A stretch of DNA of 63,443 nt, filler included, from Asterionella formosa (GCA_002256025.1; 21 parts of 21 records of this genome joined end to end with filler, not necessarily neighbours in it); one strand, 5' to 3'; positions 25,947 to 38,800 are shown, numbered from the whole stretch's first letter. Notes: generated by a model from the letters alone, not told the origin. Numbers and translations are program-made.

Positions 25947-26369
25947 AACCAAACCACTTGGGCCAGACCCAACCAACGGTTGCAAGCATGGCCGAACGGC
26001 CATTAGCGAGTTCAGCCTTGCGGGCATATTCGCCAGGGACCCACTCATTGAGACCCCAAGGGTCGTACTGTAAGTATGCATGGAAGTTGTGTTAGAAATG
26101 GATATTCATTCTTGTAATCAAAGCATATGACGCTTGCTGGTAAATCAAGTTTGTAGACTTCTTTCATCTACTACCAATATCCGCACTCCACAGCAATAGC
26201 AAACGGTAGCCCCTGTACTCACAATGCGACCTCCAGTCTCAACATCGGCTCCAAGCATACCCTCAAGTTCAGAGCTCATGGCATGACTGGTCTGTACAGT
26301 AGCCCGCTGGGCGGCAGGGGCAAAGGCAGCAGCCGAAGCAACAAGGGAAGCAAAAACAGCGGTCTTCAT
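25947..26369 (-). CDS. Light-harvesting (fucoxanthin-chlorophyll a/c binding) protein, 5' part, probably Lhcr-like; truncated by gap
   Basis: Presequence MKTAVFASLVASAAAFAP. Intron at 26068-26222. Exon 2 reads YDPWGLNEWVPGEYARKAELANGRSAMLATVGWVWPKWFG, with the ExxNGRxAM chlorophyll-binding helix. Confidence 0.92.
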
Positions 26370-27249
26370 GGTCAAATACGATGTCGTGTTCCTTGGGTAA
26401 CGGAGATGACGTGAGGCCTAGGGTGGTTAGGCGATGTTGCGCTCTACATACGATGAATGGGTGATCTTTGCTTTGCCGATCTTTTTGACGAGAAGCTCAA
26501 CTTGTTTTAGTCGGATGACTCAAGAATAGGGTTATCCCCAAATATTCTTTACTATTCGATACTCCTACCTGGTATGGTACCAGGTACCAGTACTCCGTAC
26601 TATACTATCCTTTTGCGCACATACAAGCGGAAATTATGATTGGCGTAAGAATAACGGTCATTTTTACATGAATACATACATACGGGCATGCAGGTACGTC
26701 ACACGACTTGGTCAGCGTTACATACTGGTACATACACTCTAGGTAAAAATTATTTTTCTTCCTCTTCATGATCATCAGCCAGATCCTCGTCAGCCAATAT
26801 CAATTCACATACCGGTACCGGTACCGGTAGCGCGCAGGAGGAGTGCTCCGTTGGTGACACCACTTTTCGGAACAGGCCAAAATTCCCGTTATCTAAAAAA
26901 GCGAATTGCAGACTTTTCATACATAGTAACGGGAGCGCAGCGGCATTGGAGATATATTTTCGGCCGGACCTTAGGGGCTTGCTAACTTTGATTTCAAGCT
27001 CTGACCTATTGATGGTAGCCACTCAAACTGTTGTATTAGCTGCACATCTGTACAGGAGAGGACATTGGATAAATCGCTGCCGTTGGAATGGACTCCTTCT
27101 TGCTAGTCCTTGACGCAGTCGTAGAACGATGGCAGGACACACGCAANNNNNNNNNNNNNNNNNNNNNNNNNNNNNNNNNNNNNNNNNNNNTTAATTAATT
27201 AANNNNNNNNNNNNNNNNNNNNNNNNNNNNNNNNNNNNNNNNNNNNAGT

Positions 27250-27775
27250 AGCAGCAGTCATAGACATATGGTGTTCTATTGCTTGCTTATTAGTCCGACT
27301 ACCGCTTTTCAGTTTCACGATCATACAATCCTAAAACTATGATGATTTACTATGGTGTTCTATTGCTTGCTTTTTACTCCGACTACTGCTTTTTAGTTTT
27401 ACGATCATACGATCCTAAAGATATGATGATTTACTGTTCTACTGTAATTGCAACATTCATAAATATAGGGTGTTTAATTGATTTTTTTTACGATTATACA
27501 ATCCTAAAACTATGATGATTTACTGTCCCACTGTAATTGCAACAGTCATGAACATATGGTGTTCTTTTAAATCATAATTTTACGATCATACGATCCTAAA
27601 ATTATGATGATTTACTGTCCCACTGCAGTAGCAACAGTCATGAACATATGGTGTTCTTTTGAATTTTTGTTTTATGATCATACTATCCTAAAACTATGAT
27701 GATTTACTGTCCCACTGCAGTAGCAACAGTCCTGAACATATGGTGTTCTGTTGCTAGTTTACTACTCCGACAACC
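27250..27775. repeat. Degenerate tandem repeat, ~84-93-bp unit, 5-6 copies
   Basis: Core ACGATCATAC.ATCCTAAAA.TATGATGATTTACT at ~27317, 27401, 27490, 27581 and 27674. Confidence 0.9.
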
Positions 27776-27807
27776 CCAGTATATCACTTACTACCTGCTA
27801 CTGGTAC

Positions 27808-27933
27808 TCTGTATGTATATATGATACATTGTTATTGTCATATGATGTACCGGTACACATGAAGAGCTCCCGCCCAAAAAAGGGGCTTAAACAATTTGCT
27901 ACCAAAACCCTTGCGGCAATTGAACGGTCTAAA
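27808..27933. repeat. ~125-bp segment duplicated at 29847-29973
   Basis: TCTGTAT.TATATATGATA.ATTG...CCCTTGCGGCAATTGAACGGTCTAAAT is present in both contigs. Confidence 0.9.
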
Positions 27934-28898
27934 TAATTAGTTTCAACGGACGTAGAAAATATCGATGCAAACCAATTTCAGAAACAATTCCGGTACACGT
28001 AGTCGTGGAAAACAAAGGACATATGGTGCATTGAGTATTTTCCCATTATGTATATGCGAGTATGATCATCTCAACCATATCAGATGTTCCATATCGAGAG
28101 CGCCTTTGAATTTTATAAATGTATAACACTAAAATGATATATATATTTACAAATTTTATAACTATATTCATGGCATATATATTTTTGAAATCGTTCTGTC
28201 ATGTTTACAAACAATGCCTGCTGCTTCATGAAAAGATACGTCGTAGTAAAGCACATGACAAGAAAAGAAAGTTTTCGCAATACATAACGAAAAACATTGT
28301 GACTTCGACACATTGCGCCTTCGAAGGATGGAGAATGTTTAAGGTAATGAAGCCATCAATGCGGTACTTGGATGACAATCGTTGGATGACAGGCAGCACA
28401 ACAACAAATTGTTAACTAAACGCAGCCACATTTCCTTTTTTCTCAGNNNNNNNNNNNNNNNNNNNNNNNNNNNNNNNNNNNNNNNNNNNNTTAATTAATT
28501 AANNNNNNNNNNNNNNNNNNNNNNNNNNNNNNNNNNNNNNNNNNNNTCAGATTCTAATAATTTATATCTAGAATTCACCTCGTTTTTGTTCCTCTCCTGA
28601 AAAGTGGACTCCGGCAATTCACCTTTCACCATGCCAATCGTCGTCCATCATGACCGGTTTGAAGCGAAATCAGTTCCGCGATGACGCCAGTAGCGATTCT
28701 TTGCCTAAAGGATGCGGTTGATTGTTGGATTGCTTGTCTTCTCGAGGTATTCATGTAGTCGCATCGTCCATATTTCGTCAGACGCACGATGATATCAATA
28801 CATCTGATGTTGGTGGCAAGTTTTTGCTCCGGTCATGTATGTAATGATGCTTAACGGATATTCTACCGGTACCGGCAGTCATCTAGTCTATATACGTA

Positions 28899-29746
28899 CG
28901 TGGTACTAAAAACAACCATGCATGGTTTAAGCTACCGGTATGCATTAACGCTTACTTTGAACACGTAATAATATAATCTCTGTAGACTCGGTATTATTTT
29001 TACGAGACCTGAAATGTTGAATTATATCGTTCACATATTCATTGATTTTACGTACTGTATGCCCGATTTCGTCCTCTTAAATATAGTTCTCACTCTATCT
29101 TGCCTGCCTTTGCTCTATTCGGGCTTGCAATAGGCAACGTTCGTCTTTCTTTGATCCCATCGTCTGCTGCTTGTTATGCTAGTTGAAGCGGATCGGTGAG
29201 TACAACAGTGAAATACTGAATGCGGATTGTAGATCGTATTTATCGACTTTCCGATTTGATTGCTTCCGTGGTTTGTTTTGATCGCTTCCATCGTTGTTTG
29301 TCGTTACGCACTGTCGTTTTGTTTCGATTGTACATATCTACATGAGAACCAATGCATTTATCAATGACTACTCATTGAAGATGTGGTATTGTGCCGTTGT
29401 TGATCGTATTTGTTGATTTGTATAGTCGTTGACAATGATGTCAATATTGCCGCCAAGCAATGCATTTCTTGTACTAACGCGCTTTGCTACAATTCTACCA
29501 CGAGTTCGTATCAGAAGCTACATGAATACTCAGCTAGAGAGAGTCAATAGTTCTGGAGCAGCGTGGCGATCATGCTTGCTCAGAATGGAATGATCAGGGT
29601 TGCTTGTTTGGTGGGCAGCGGAGAGGAATGACTGTGGCGGAAATACTGCTACTGGTGTCAGGCTACTACAGCGATGCGCATGGTTGCAGAAACCAGACCA
29701 TTTACGCTACATAACGATGTAGGTCAAGATTGGGTTCAGCTTTTCC
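28899..29746. repeat. Dispersed repeat, copy 2 (matches 3195-3803, then ~5640-5800)
   Basis: Near-identical to 3195-3803 apart from a ~20-nt indel near 28925. Confidence 0.9.
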
Positions 29747-29979
29747 NNNNNNNNNNNNNNNNNNNNNNNNNNNNNNNNNNNNNNNNNNNNTTAATTAATT
29801 AANNNNNNNNNNNNNNNNNNNNNNNNNNNNNNNNNNNNNNNNNNNNTCTGTATATATATATGATATATTGTTATTGTCATATGATGTACCGGTACACATG
29901 AAGAGCTCCCAACCAAAAAAGGGGCTTAAACAATTTGCTACCAAAACCCTTGCGGCAATTGAACGGTCTAAATTCGGTT

Positions 29980-30800
29980 CTTGTGGACTGCTGCATGACC
30001 AGTATCCCAAACCATCTTCCTCCACCAATGTAAGGCCGATTTCTATCCAGCACAGTATTCGATGTCCACGAGAGCATTGCCGTCATGGGGAATATCGATA
30101 TTCTCAGAATGAACATATATTGATCAAATTGGTCATCGGGAAGGTTTGTAAAATCTCGGTGCTTGCTGTGGACTGAACATCAGTGCTGTGGTTGCAAAAA
30201 ATGCCAAACCATCTTTCTCCACCAGTTTAAGGCCAATTCATATTTAGCATAGTATTCGATGTACACGAGATCAGTGCCGTCATTTCGAATATCGATATTT
30301 CTCAGAACGATCATATATTTATCAAATTGGTCATCAAGATGTGTAAAATTTCGGTTCTTGTGGACTGCTGCATGACCAGTATCCCAAACCATCTTCCTCC
30401 ACCAATTTAAGACCGATTTCTATCAAGCAAAGTTTTCGATGTACAGGAGATCAAAGTCGTCATGAACAATGTCGATATTCTCAGAACGACTATATATTGA
30501 TCAATGGAGGCATCAGGATGAGTAAAATTTTCGGATGCTTGTGGACTGATTATCAGTGCTGTGGCTGCAACAAGAATTCCAAACCTCCTCTCTCCACCAA
30601 TGTAAGGCCGATTTCTATTCAGCACAGTATTCGATGTCCACGAGAGCAATACCTTCATGGAAAATATCCATGTTCTCAGAATGAACATATATTGATTCAA
30701 TGGGTCATCAGGATATGAAATAAATATTCTTTGCTTGTGGACTGATCATAAGTACTGTGGCAACAAAACTTCCATGCCTCCTTTCTCCACCAATTTACAG
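29980..30800. repeat. Tandem repeat, ~181-196-bp units in two alternating subtypes
   Basis: GTGGACTG anchor at 29983, 30168, 30360, 30541 and 30737, each followed by a CTCCACCA block and, in the first four, TTCGATGT and TCTCAGAA blocks. Confidence 0.9.
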
Positions 30801-31424
30801 CTGCTTATCCTTTCCTTCTTTTTCTATATTGTACTTGCTAGATTTATCGCTGTAGACTATTTGTAGCCGCTCCGAAAAGGAGAAGGCCATTGCTGCACAT
30901 CTCATTTTTGACGCACTATGGCGACATGCATTGAATGTTAAAATATGCAACAGCTGTTTCTAAACAATTTTACGAATTCATTCGTTGACAGTTGCTCCTC
31001 CTCTCATTCTTCTTCCATATTTTACTTGTTAGATTTATCGCTGTAGNNNNNNNNNNNNNNNNNNNNNNNNNNNNNNNNNNNNNNNNNNNNTTAATTAATT
31101 AANNNNNNNNNNNNNNNNNNNNNNNNNNNNNNNNNNNNNNNNNNNNTACTCTTACTGTATACTTACTACTTCGGTGTTGACTTTGAGAACGAGTTGCATA
31201 TCAAGATTAAATAATAAACTAATACCGGGTATACCGTTATTCAACAAATACTACTACTTCTATATACCCGATATTCCGGCTTATGTGATGGTACCAGGTA
31301 CCAGGTACCTAGTCCCTGATGATGCCATTGAATGAAATCAAGAACACAATTTTGCAATACCCGTTATTATCTGAATTCTAGAAGCAGCAGCAGGAGCAGG
31401 GGCATCAAGAACAACAAAAGCGAC

Positions 31425-32356
31425 ATGACAACTCCGGTCCGACCTGATAGAACTACAATGTACGTTATGGTATGGCTTCCCATTCTCAAAAGCAGATCGA
31501 ATAGTAGCTGAAGAAAGGAGAACTTTTCTGATTGCTTTCACAAGGGTTTTGTTTAGACACATCGCGCATCATTACGATTTTGCAATTTACTGACTACGAC
31601 ATACTACAATTGCACATAACAGGGAAGGCATGATGTGGAATGCCAACCATGTTTTGGACTCGGCGTTGAATCCGAAAACAAATGGTGTTCCTCGTGGATT
31701 TTTTGAAAATTGCGTTGGACTCATCCTCATTTCCGTCCTGGAAGCGGGATTCATCTTTTCTGGCAATGTGGGAACTGGGATTCTCATCGCAAAGAAAGAC
31801 GAAAAATCTTGGTCCCCTCCATCTGCCATTGGATTGACGGGTAAGTGCAATCATGTAAAGCAGACAAGTGTGGGTGCTTCTAATGCTTACACAACAAAAT
31901 TCTCTGGTAGGCGTTGGCTGGGGGTTAATCCTGGGAGCGTCCATGAAGGATGTCATGGTCTTTATCTTTGATCAACATACATTGGAAGCTGTCGCAGGCG
32001 ATGCCGGAATGAAATTCGGAGGACAAGGAGAACTCACTCTGGGACCTTTTGGTCGGACCGCCGAAGCGTCTATGAACCTTTCTAACAAGGGGATCGGAAG
32101 TACTGTTTCGATCAGTTTTTCCAAAGGATTCTTTGCAGGTATTTCTCTCGAGGGAGCCATCATGAGCCCAAGAACGGCGGTCAACCAAAATTACTATGGA
32201 TCGGCAGCGTCACCATCGCAGATTCTATGGGAAGACAGCGTTCAAGTTAGGCCAGATTCTTTGATGCCGGAAATTTACAAGAAATTGGACTTGTTGGCCA
32301 ATGGAAATACTTTGGTGACGCCTGATGAGGGGGAAATCAAGGTTGTGAAGGAGTAA
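31425..32356 (+). CDS. SYLF (Ysc84/SH3YL1-type) lipid/actin-binding domain protein, 3 exons
   Basis: Exons 31425-31459, 31623-31840 and 31911-32356 give MTTPVRPDRTTMEGMMWNANHVL...EAGFIFSGNVGTGILIA...WSPPSAIGLTGVGWG...GPFGR...SFSKGFFAGISLEGA...VNQNYYG. Confidence 0.9.
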
Positions 32357-35300
32357 GCGTAGGTGGGTAGATGGTCGTCAAGGTCAAGACTTTTGATGAG
32401 TGGTAATAGGTTCGAAAAGAAATTCATATAGATATTGCAGTTCATGCTGCCTACTAGGTAGGAAAAATATTTTTTATATCTATGAATGATGGAAAGTACT
32501 GGGGTTCTGTGATCCGATTGTTGACCGAATAACGTTGAGGTTTGTTAAGTAATGAATCAAAACATTTGCCTCATAGATGAAGCCAACAGAAATCTCCAGG
32601 CCATACTCTTGCCAATGACATTGGATCATGTTTGGTGAACCCTTTATTTATGGGTTGAAAGCATCTCTTGGTTGATGTAAAATCAGACCTACCTTTGATG
32701 TATTGGTATATACAGCAATAAATGGGATTGAGCCAGATCTGATCCATCAATCCAAAATCGGCTTAGATTACATTGCTTCGTTGTTGCAGATTCCTGTCCA
32801 TTATGACCATGATACTTGCAAGTTGCGTTCATTATTATGCCAAAACTGAAGATGTGGCGCTGAAAAAACACTCAAATTCAACTCCAATGGTAAAATTAAA
32901 GTGACATGAGAAATATCTAACAGTTTCTTGATGGCCCAATTAAATTCAATTTATCGAAATCAAGTATAAAGAAAGATTTTCTGAAAAACCAGTGTTCCAA
33001 ACCTTGCTCTTTTCTTTGTGTTTGTTGCATGGGAGGGGGGGGGGAGATTTTCCCCCAAATCTCAATTCTGAGTCTCAAGATTCCTTATTCCAATAATCTC
33101 AAGGTTTACATGCATTTCATACAAGTGCAAATGAAGAACAGCTATGAACAGGATAAAATGCACGATTCTTACAATTGAATTTTTAAGGACTTCCCAACAC
33201 TTTTAATAATTGCTTAGATAGAATACATGTGTTGCTAGCAAGCAGTGAAAAAATTGTTGACCTAGCTTTGATATGCATTGAATAAATGAGTTTCATCCTA
33301 AGATAGGTCCAGCCAAATCGAGTTCTAGCCGAAAGAATTCAAAATGATCATGCCATGAATGAAAGTTAACTGTTGTGTAAACAGGCTAGCATTTCTATTA
33401 AAGTATTGGATTTGCAGGCGGCGTGACTATCCATAATGTCCATATTGTCATGTCCGCAAATTTCCTGCAATTTGCAGTTACCAGGAACTGTACCTGGTGC
33501 TGGTGCCAGTACATTATCTCTGCTAGTGATTACCAACATCTCCAAATGGAGCTGTTATGGTTTAAAAATTTGGATTCTGATGCAACGACCAACATGTTTC
33601 GCCCTCCAGACTGAAAATTGCTGCACTTATCCTATTTTCCTCCCCAACTTGGCTGCTCAGAGAAAATGTTTTTTCTGATGCAACAGACTGAGATCTCAGA
33701 CAATCAATGACTCGCTGGTAGGTACTCTCTGGGTGCCTTTACACAATATCAAATATCACACACTCAAAACGCTAAACAGCAATAACTAGTAAGATTGAGT
33801 AAGTTCGTAAATCGGCTGCTCCGCCTCTGAGAAATCGAATTGCATATGTCACAAATGAAGAATAGGCAATAGTAAAATCCTATGTAAATTGGCAAAACCA
33901 TGATCACGAAATATTTTCCTATCCTAAATAGAAATGATGAACAGGAATTGCAAGCCATGGATTTTGTTGTACATTGCTTCTTAGAATGTGAGTTTGTAGA
34001 GTTTATTAATACCAAGCTCATGTATATTAGTACATTGATAAGATCTCATGAAGATATCAAAACAGGGAAGAACCACGAATTCAAACAAACAAGAAACAAG
34101 TTGAAGCTACGCTCACATCATGAATAAACATGACACCTAAATGCATACATATGTAGCAATTTATATCCATAGATGAATATATTACTGGCATGACGTGGCA
34201 TAAGTCAAACATTACTGACGCACTTTTCCATCATACCGACTTGATATCAAATGATCATGTGGCTCGTTGTTGCTTGTTGCTTCAGCATGATCCTCGTGAT
34301 CATTACTTCGCCACAGGAGTTCTATAATTGTCGTTTCATAGACACCCAACATTTTTGGGTGACACCATTTGGATAAAAAATCTGTTAGATGATGAGACCT
34401 TGACAGAGGCCAGGAAAAGAGTTAATTGCCTATTTGCACAAAAGTGGTGTTGCAATATGCACAATACGTTAGTCAAAGGAATTCGTGATTATTTCCGCAA
34501 TGAAGTTTCTAGTCGCGTATCAAGCAACTACTAGTGTATTGTTGGATGTCTCCATGTATGTCTATATAAAACTCTAAAATGAACTACTCCATAATTCCAT
34601 AGAAATGTAAGCCATGACAATAAGTCCATGTATGAAACTCGGTACAAAATTATTTCATGAGGTATTTTCTTGCATTTTGAGATGTTGTGCTCTCTCCGAA
34701 ATTATTGTTGCTCACGTATTTGTACACTACTAGATAGAAATAATCATCTAGTAACAGTTATTAAGCAGAACTCAATAATGAGAGAACTCGACTAGCACCT
34801 ATTGTATATTAGGAAACGAGTTGTACAGAAGGATTAATTAATAAGCTCATATATTCAACAAATACTTCTACGTTTAGTTAGATACTTCACCAGGTACCTG
34901 GTACCGGTATATACTCACAGAAAATCCTACTATGCATACGCACTAACATAGGAGCTCCATGATGTCTACGCATTCGTTTGGCTGCGGTAAAATCTGATGC
35001 ATGACTGTCTACCCGACCTCGTGTCGATGAACAGTCTGCGTTGTATCTTTCACGGCGGCTGATGATGCGATCTCGGGATGACGATGGCAACCACACAAGG
35101 TAGACTTCCTCTCTCGATTACCTGTGCGTACCTGTTACCATCATCGCCGGCGGCATTTTATTGGTTATTTCAGAAACAGTGACAGGTCTGAGGCACTGCA
35201 CTGATCATCGCAGGCAGTCTACCAAAGAGTGAACAAACGCGTATGATATATTGTGCGTGCGGGAAGATCATTTAGTTCTTACTTGCTTCTCGCCGCCTAT

Positions 35301-35506
35301 TCTGAATGGAGGCTTGTGGCTTGTTTGTGTTTGAGTAAGAGAAGAATTGTGATTGTTTCAACCATTGCAGCAGGGCTGGCTAGCTAGCTAATAAAGTTGA
35401 GAAGGGAGTGACAACAAGAAGGTCGCCTTGACATTTCTCCTGCCTGTCAGGGCAATATCAACTGTACTTGTGCCCGAACGATCCGCCCGCATTTCGAAAC
35501 GAGAAG

Positions 35507-38500
35507 ATGTCATCTTCTGCTGTTCCATCGGCACCGTACCCACCCATGATGATTTCTCAAATGCCGCTTCCCACCAACCCCCCAAAGATGATGTTGAAGT
35601 CGTCGTTCAGTACTAGTCCTCAGTTTTCTCCAGCCTTGCTGGCCCTGAGGAGCCCCAGTGATGGATATTCGAACCAGAACATGCTTCCAACATCCATCGT
35701 GAGTAGCGATACTCGAATTAGCAGTCACTCAATTGAAGACTCTACCGTTGCTACCACCACGATTGCGTCCAGTAAACCCGGCCACACATCACCACAAGCC
35801 TCGGCACTTGCCTTTTGCCCTTCCCAATACAATCTATATGCGTGCATCAATTGCGGTAACCAGTACGATCATGTGCCCACAGATGCTAGCACCAAGCGAG
35901 TGGGGCCCGTCTTGTTGGAACTCAGACGATTGGACATCGTTAACGACTTGGAATCCAGGAAACGAGGCCAGGTCTTTGCAAGCGCCTCGATTGCGGTATC
36001 TCGAGGGAACCCGGCCCTCGGCAACAGTGTTTCCAGTACATGTCTCTCGTTTCGACCCTACCCGGACTTGGATCCTCGGATTTTAGTACCTTGTGCCACT
36101 GGGCTTACAACTGGAGGCTTATGTGTACATTCCTTTTCCGAAGAAGCAAACGGAGATATTATTGCCTCCCGAGACTACTTTGCCTCTCGCCACCATCGAG
36201 CGGCGACCGCTGTTGCATGGCGTCCCAATTCAACACGCCATGTTGCCATTGGGCTCGTCGGAATAGGGGGAGCAACATCGGGGGCTGGAGGCGGTCGTCG
36301 TGGAGGTCCGAGGCCCGTAGGAGGCGGCGATAAAGATTTTTGTTGTCTGCTCTGGGACGTGGAAGGTCAGCCATCCTCCAAGGGGGCTGCAGTAGCTCCT
36401 TTGTCCAAACACTCTCATAATGCAGGTGTCGCCTCCATGTCGTGGATATCAGAGGGTCAAACACTGGCTGTTGGGTGCCAAGTACGCAATATGCAACTAT
36501 ATGACCTTCGGGTCTCGGGAAATAGCGCGCCCCCCTCGTCTGTTTGGGCACACAATGATGCTGTCAATGGAATTGAGGTGGATCCCCAGAGATCTCATAT
36601 GCTTGCCACTTTTTCTCGGGGTCCAGAAGAATCTGTCAAGCTGTGGGATCTGCGGCACATGGACGCCGCTGTCGGTGAAATTAAATTCAGTGCTCTCAAG
36701 GAGGAAGGTCGCGTCGATGGACAGTTTGTCACGGCTGTTCGATGGTCGTGTACCCAGGTTGGAAGTCTCGCTGTTGCATATTCGAATGTGGTGCAACATT
36801 ATGACACTACTGCCTTTGGGTCACGACCAATATTGACAGGGTCCAACGTGGCATCAACTCCAATAATTGATATTGCGGTCAATCCCCTCTCGTACAAGAA
36901 TTTGAAAAGTTGCAGTGGAGTGATGGATGATTTGGCTATGGATCTATACTCTAGTCGAATGTTGACGGTGGTGGAAAATAGTACTGTTCGCGATATTGCA
37001 AAGCATACGAAGGCTCCGCTCGCTCTTTCGCATAGAGATGGGCGTTTAATACATGCTTTGGGAAGAAGCATTTGGGCCGGAGAAACTACCGGTGTATTGG
37101 ATGGCGACGATGGGCTTCCAGAGGACATCTCAGCCATTATGAAAGGACGAGCAAGATGCCTTCACGAGTCAAGGTACACAGTAGACGCTGCGTCGAATAT
37201 TCAAATGCTTTTGAACGAAAGCCTGAACGTGGTTCCAGGTACTGCAGATGCTTCGAGAAGGGATGGGCTGATTCAATTGTGGGGATGGATTGCTAAGGTA
37301 GAAATGCTCTGTGGATATGATAGTGATGATATTCCTTATGCACATTGGCGTGCCAAAGGGCTTCTCGACGCTGGTGTTTGGCAGCTACTTGGTTTTGATG
37401 ACAATGACAAGAACATCGATGAGATTGTTGTGGTTTCTAAGTCACTACATTGTAACACTTACGACAGCCTAGAGCGTCGGTCTGCTCTGATTTCCTGCGG
37501 TTGGAGTGACAGCGATTCTGTGATTGAGGTTACGAATCGCTGTGAAATGGCAGGAGAATACGAACGCGCTGCTGCACTGGCTGTATGGCACGACGACCTT
37601 GGTTCTGCTGTTGCGATTCTCCAGAGAGGAGCGAATCAAATTCGCGAGATGCATTCGGCCGGTGGAAATCATGATGAAAGGCTTCAGTATTCTCAAACTA
37701 TGCAACTGGTGGCCATGTGTATTGCTGGTTTTCCTGGTGCTGCGGAGAAAAGTTCGGACGTTTGGTGGTCAGCTTGCCAAAGTCTTTTAGAAAGGCAGGA
37801 CCTTTCGTCCGAAAATGCCCCGCAGTTTAGCTACCTTCAAGCAGCTTGCAACTTTCTTTTGAATATCGGTTCTGATCGGGGCGTCGAAGGAGTATTGGTA
37901 GATTCAAATCTCAGGTTGAATGACAGAGTTGCATTTGCTTGCCGCTTTCTTGAACGAGGAGAACTCAAGAGTTATCTCATGAAGACAATTGACGAATCGC
38001 AATCTGCGGGTCTACTTGAAGGTTTGGTTATCACAGGAGTGGAAAAGAAAGGCTTGAGGATCTTGGAAGCTTTTGTAGATCAATGCTCTGATGTCCAGAC
38101 TGTGGCATTGGTGACAAGCCGTGTTATTTTGCCCCCTGCATGGACGACAGAAAAGCAGCTATGCTCAGAATGGCTCGATTCCTATCGCAGTTTGTTGAAT
38201 ACGTGGCAAATGTGGCAGTCAAGGGCAATGTTTGACGTGGACAGGGCAGAACTTCTTCGAAAGATTGGACGAAAAACTGCCGAAGACAGCAATAGCAATA
38301 CCTCCAGAATTGTACGCCGGGTACAACCGTTGAAGAAACAGATCATCCCAATCGCAAAGGCAACTAGCTCAGATTCCCTTATTCAGCCCTCAATTCCGGC
38401 TCAACTTGACGCAAGGTGCAACTACTGTTCAATGTCGCTCTCAGGAGCAAGACGTCAAGAAAACAGTGGGAGTCAATGGCTTTCGAAACAAAAACCGGTT

Positions 38501-38800
38501 TTATCATGCTGTCCAAGTTGCCGAAAGCCGCTGCCTAGGTGTGCGATTTGCTTGCTCTCGCTGGGATGCCTCAATCCATACATGGAGCTCAAGAAGGAAC
38601 GAAGTCGATCAGGACGTGGCGTCGATTCGCTAGATTCTCTTGCCAATTTGCCATTCGCTGAGTGGTTTACATGGTGTATGCGGTGCAAGCACGGCGGACA
38701 TGCCCATCACTTAGTAGGCTGGTTTGCCAATCACGAAAGTTGTCCTGTTAGTGACTGCAATTGCCGATGCCAGTTTGATGGTATCAAGAAGCTGGCGTAG
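35507..38800 (+). CDS. MIOS: GATOR2/SEA complex subunit MIOS (Sea4): WD40 repeats, alpha-solenoid, C-terminal zinc-binding domain
   Basis: WD40 repeats (LYDLR, VKLWDLR), YERAAALAVWH, DRVAFACRFL, YRSLLNTWQMWQSRAMFDV, RCNYC, CPSCRKPLPRCAIC, WFTWCMRCKHGGHAHH...CPVSDCNCRC. First in-frame ATG is at 35507. Confidence 0.93.
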   Translation: MSSSAVPSAPYPPMMISQMPLPTNPPKMMLKSSFSTSPQFSPALLALRSPSDGYSNQNMLPTSIVSSDTRISSHSIEDSTVATTTIASSKPGHTSPQASALAFCPSQYNLYACINCGNQYDHVPTDASTKRVGPVLLELRRLDIVNDLESRKRGQVFASASIAVSRGNPALGNSVSSTCLSFRPYPDLDPRILVPCATGLTTGGLCVHSFSEEANGDIIASRDYFASRHHRAATAVAWRPNSTRHVAIGLVGIGGATSGAGGGRRGGPRPVGGGDKDFCCLLWDVEGQPSSKGAAVAPLSKHSHNAGVASMSWISEGQTLAVGCQVRNMQLYDLRVSGNSAPPSSVWAHNDAVNGIEVDPQRSHMLATFSRGPEESVKLWDLRHMDAAVGEIKFSALKEEGRVDGQFVTAVRWSCTQVGSLAVAYSNVVQHYDTTAFGSRPILTGSNVASTPIIDIAVNPLSYKNLKSCSGVMDDLAMDLYSSRMLTVVENSTVRDIAKHTKAPLALSHRDGRLIHALGRSIWAGETTGVLDGDDGLPEDISAIMKGRARCLHESRYTVDAASNIQMLLNESLNVVPGTADASRRDGLIQLWGWIAKVEMLCGYDSDDIPYAHWRAKGLLDAGVWQLLGFDDNDKNIDEIVVVSKSLHCNTYDSLERRSALISCGWSDSDSVIEVTNRCEMAGEYERAAALAVWHDDLGSAVAILQRGANQIREMHSAGGNHDERLQYSQTMQLVAMCIAGFPGAAEKSSDVWWSACQSLLERQDLSSENAPQFSYLQAACNFLLNIGSDRGVEGVLVDSNLRLNDRVAFACRFLERGELKSYLMKTIDESQSAGLLEGLVITGVEKKGLRILEAFVDQCSDVQTVALVTSRVILPPAWTTEKQLCSEWLDSYRSLLNTWQMWQSRAMFDVDRAELLRKIGRKTAEDSNSNTSRIVRRVQPLKKQIIPIAKATSSDSLIQPSIPAQLDARCNYCSMSLSGARRQENSGSQWLSKQKPVLSCCPSCRKPLPRCAICLLSLGCLNPYMELKKERSRSGRGVDSLDSLANLPFAEWFTWCMRCKHGGHAHHLVGWFANHESCPVSDCNCRCQFDGIKKLA

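Noticed and set aside
27250..27775. Tandem C/D snoRNA cluster or CRISPR-like array (ATGATGA in each unit)
   Set aside because: No consistent CTGA D box or terminal stem, and the sequences between cores are homologous rather than unique.
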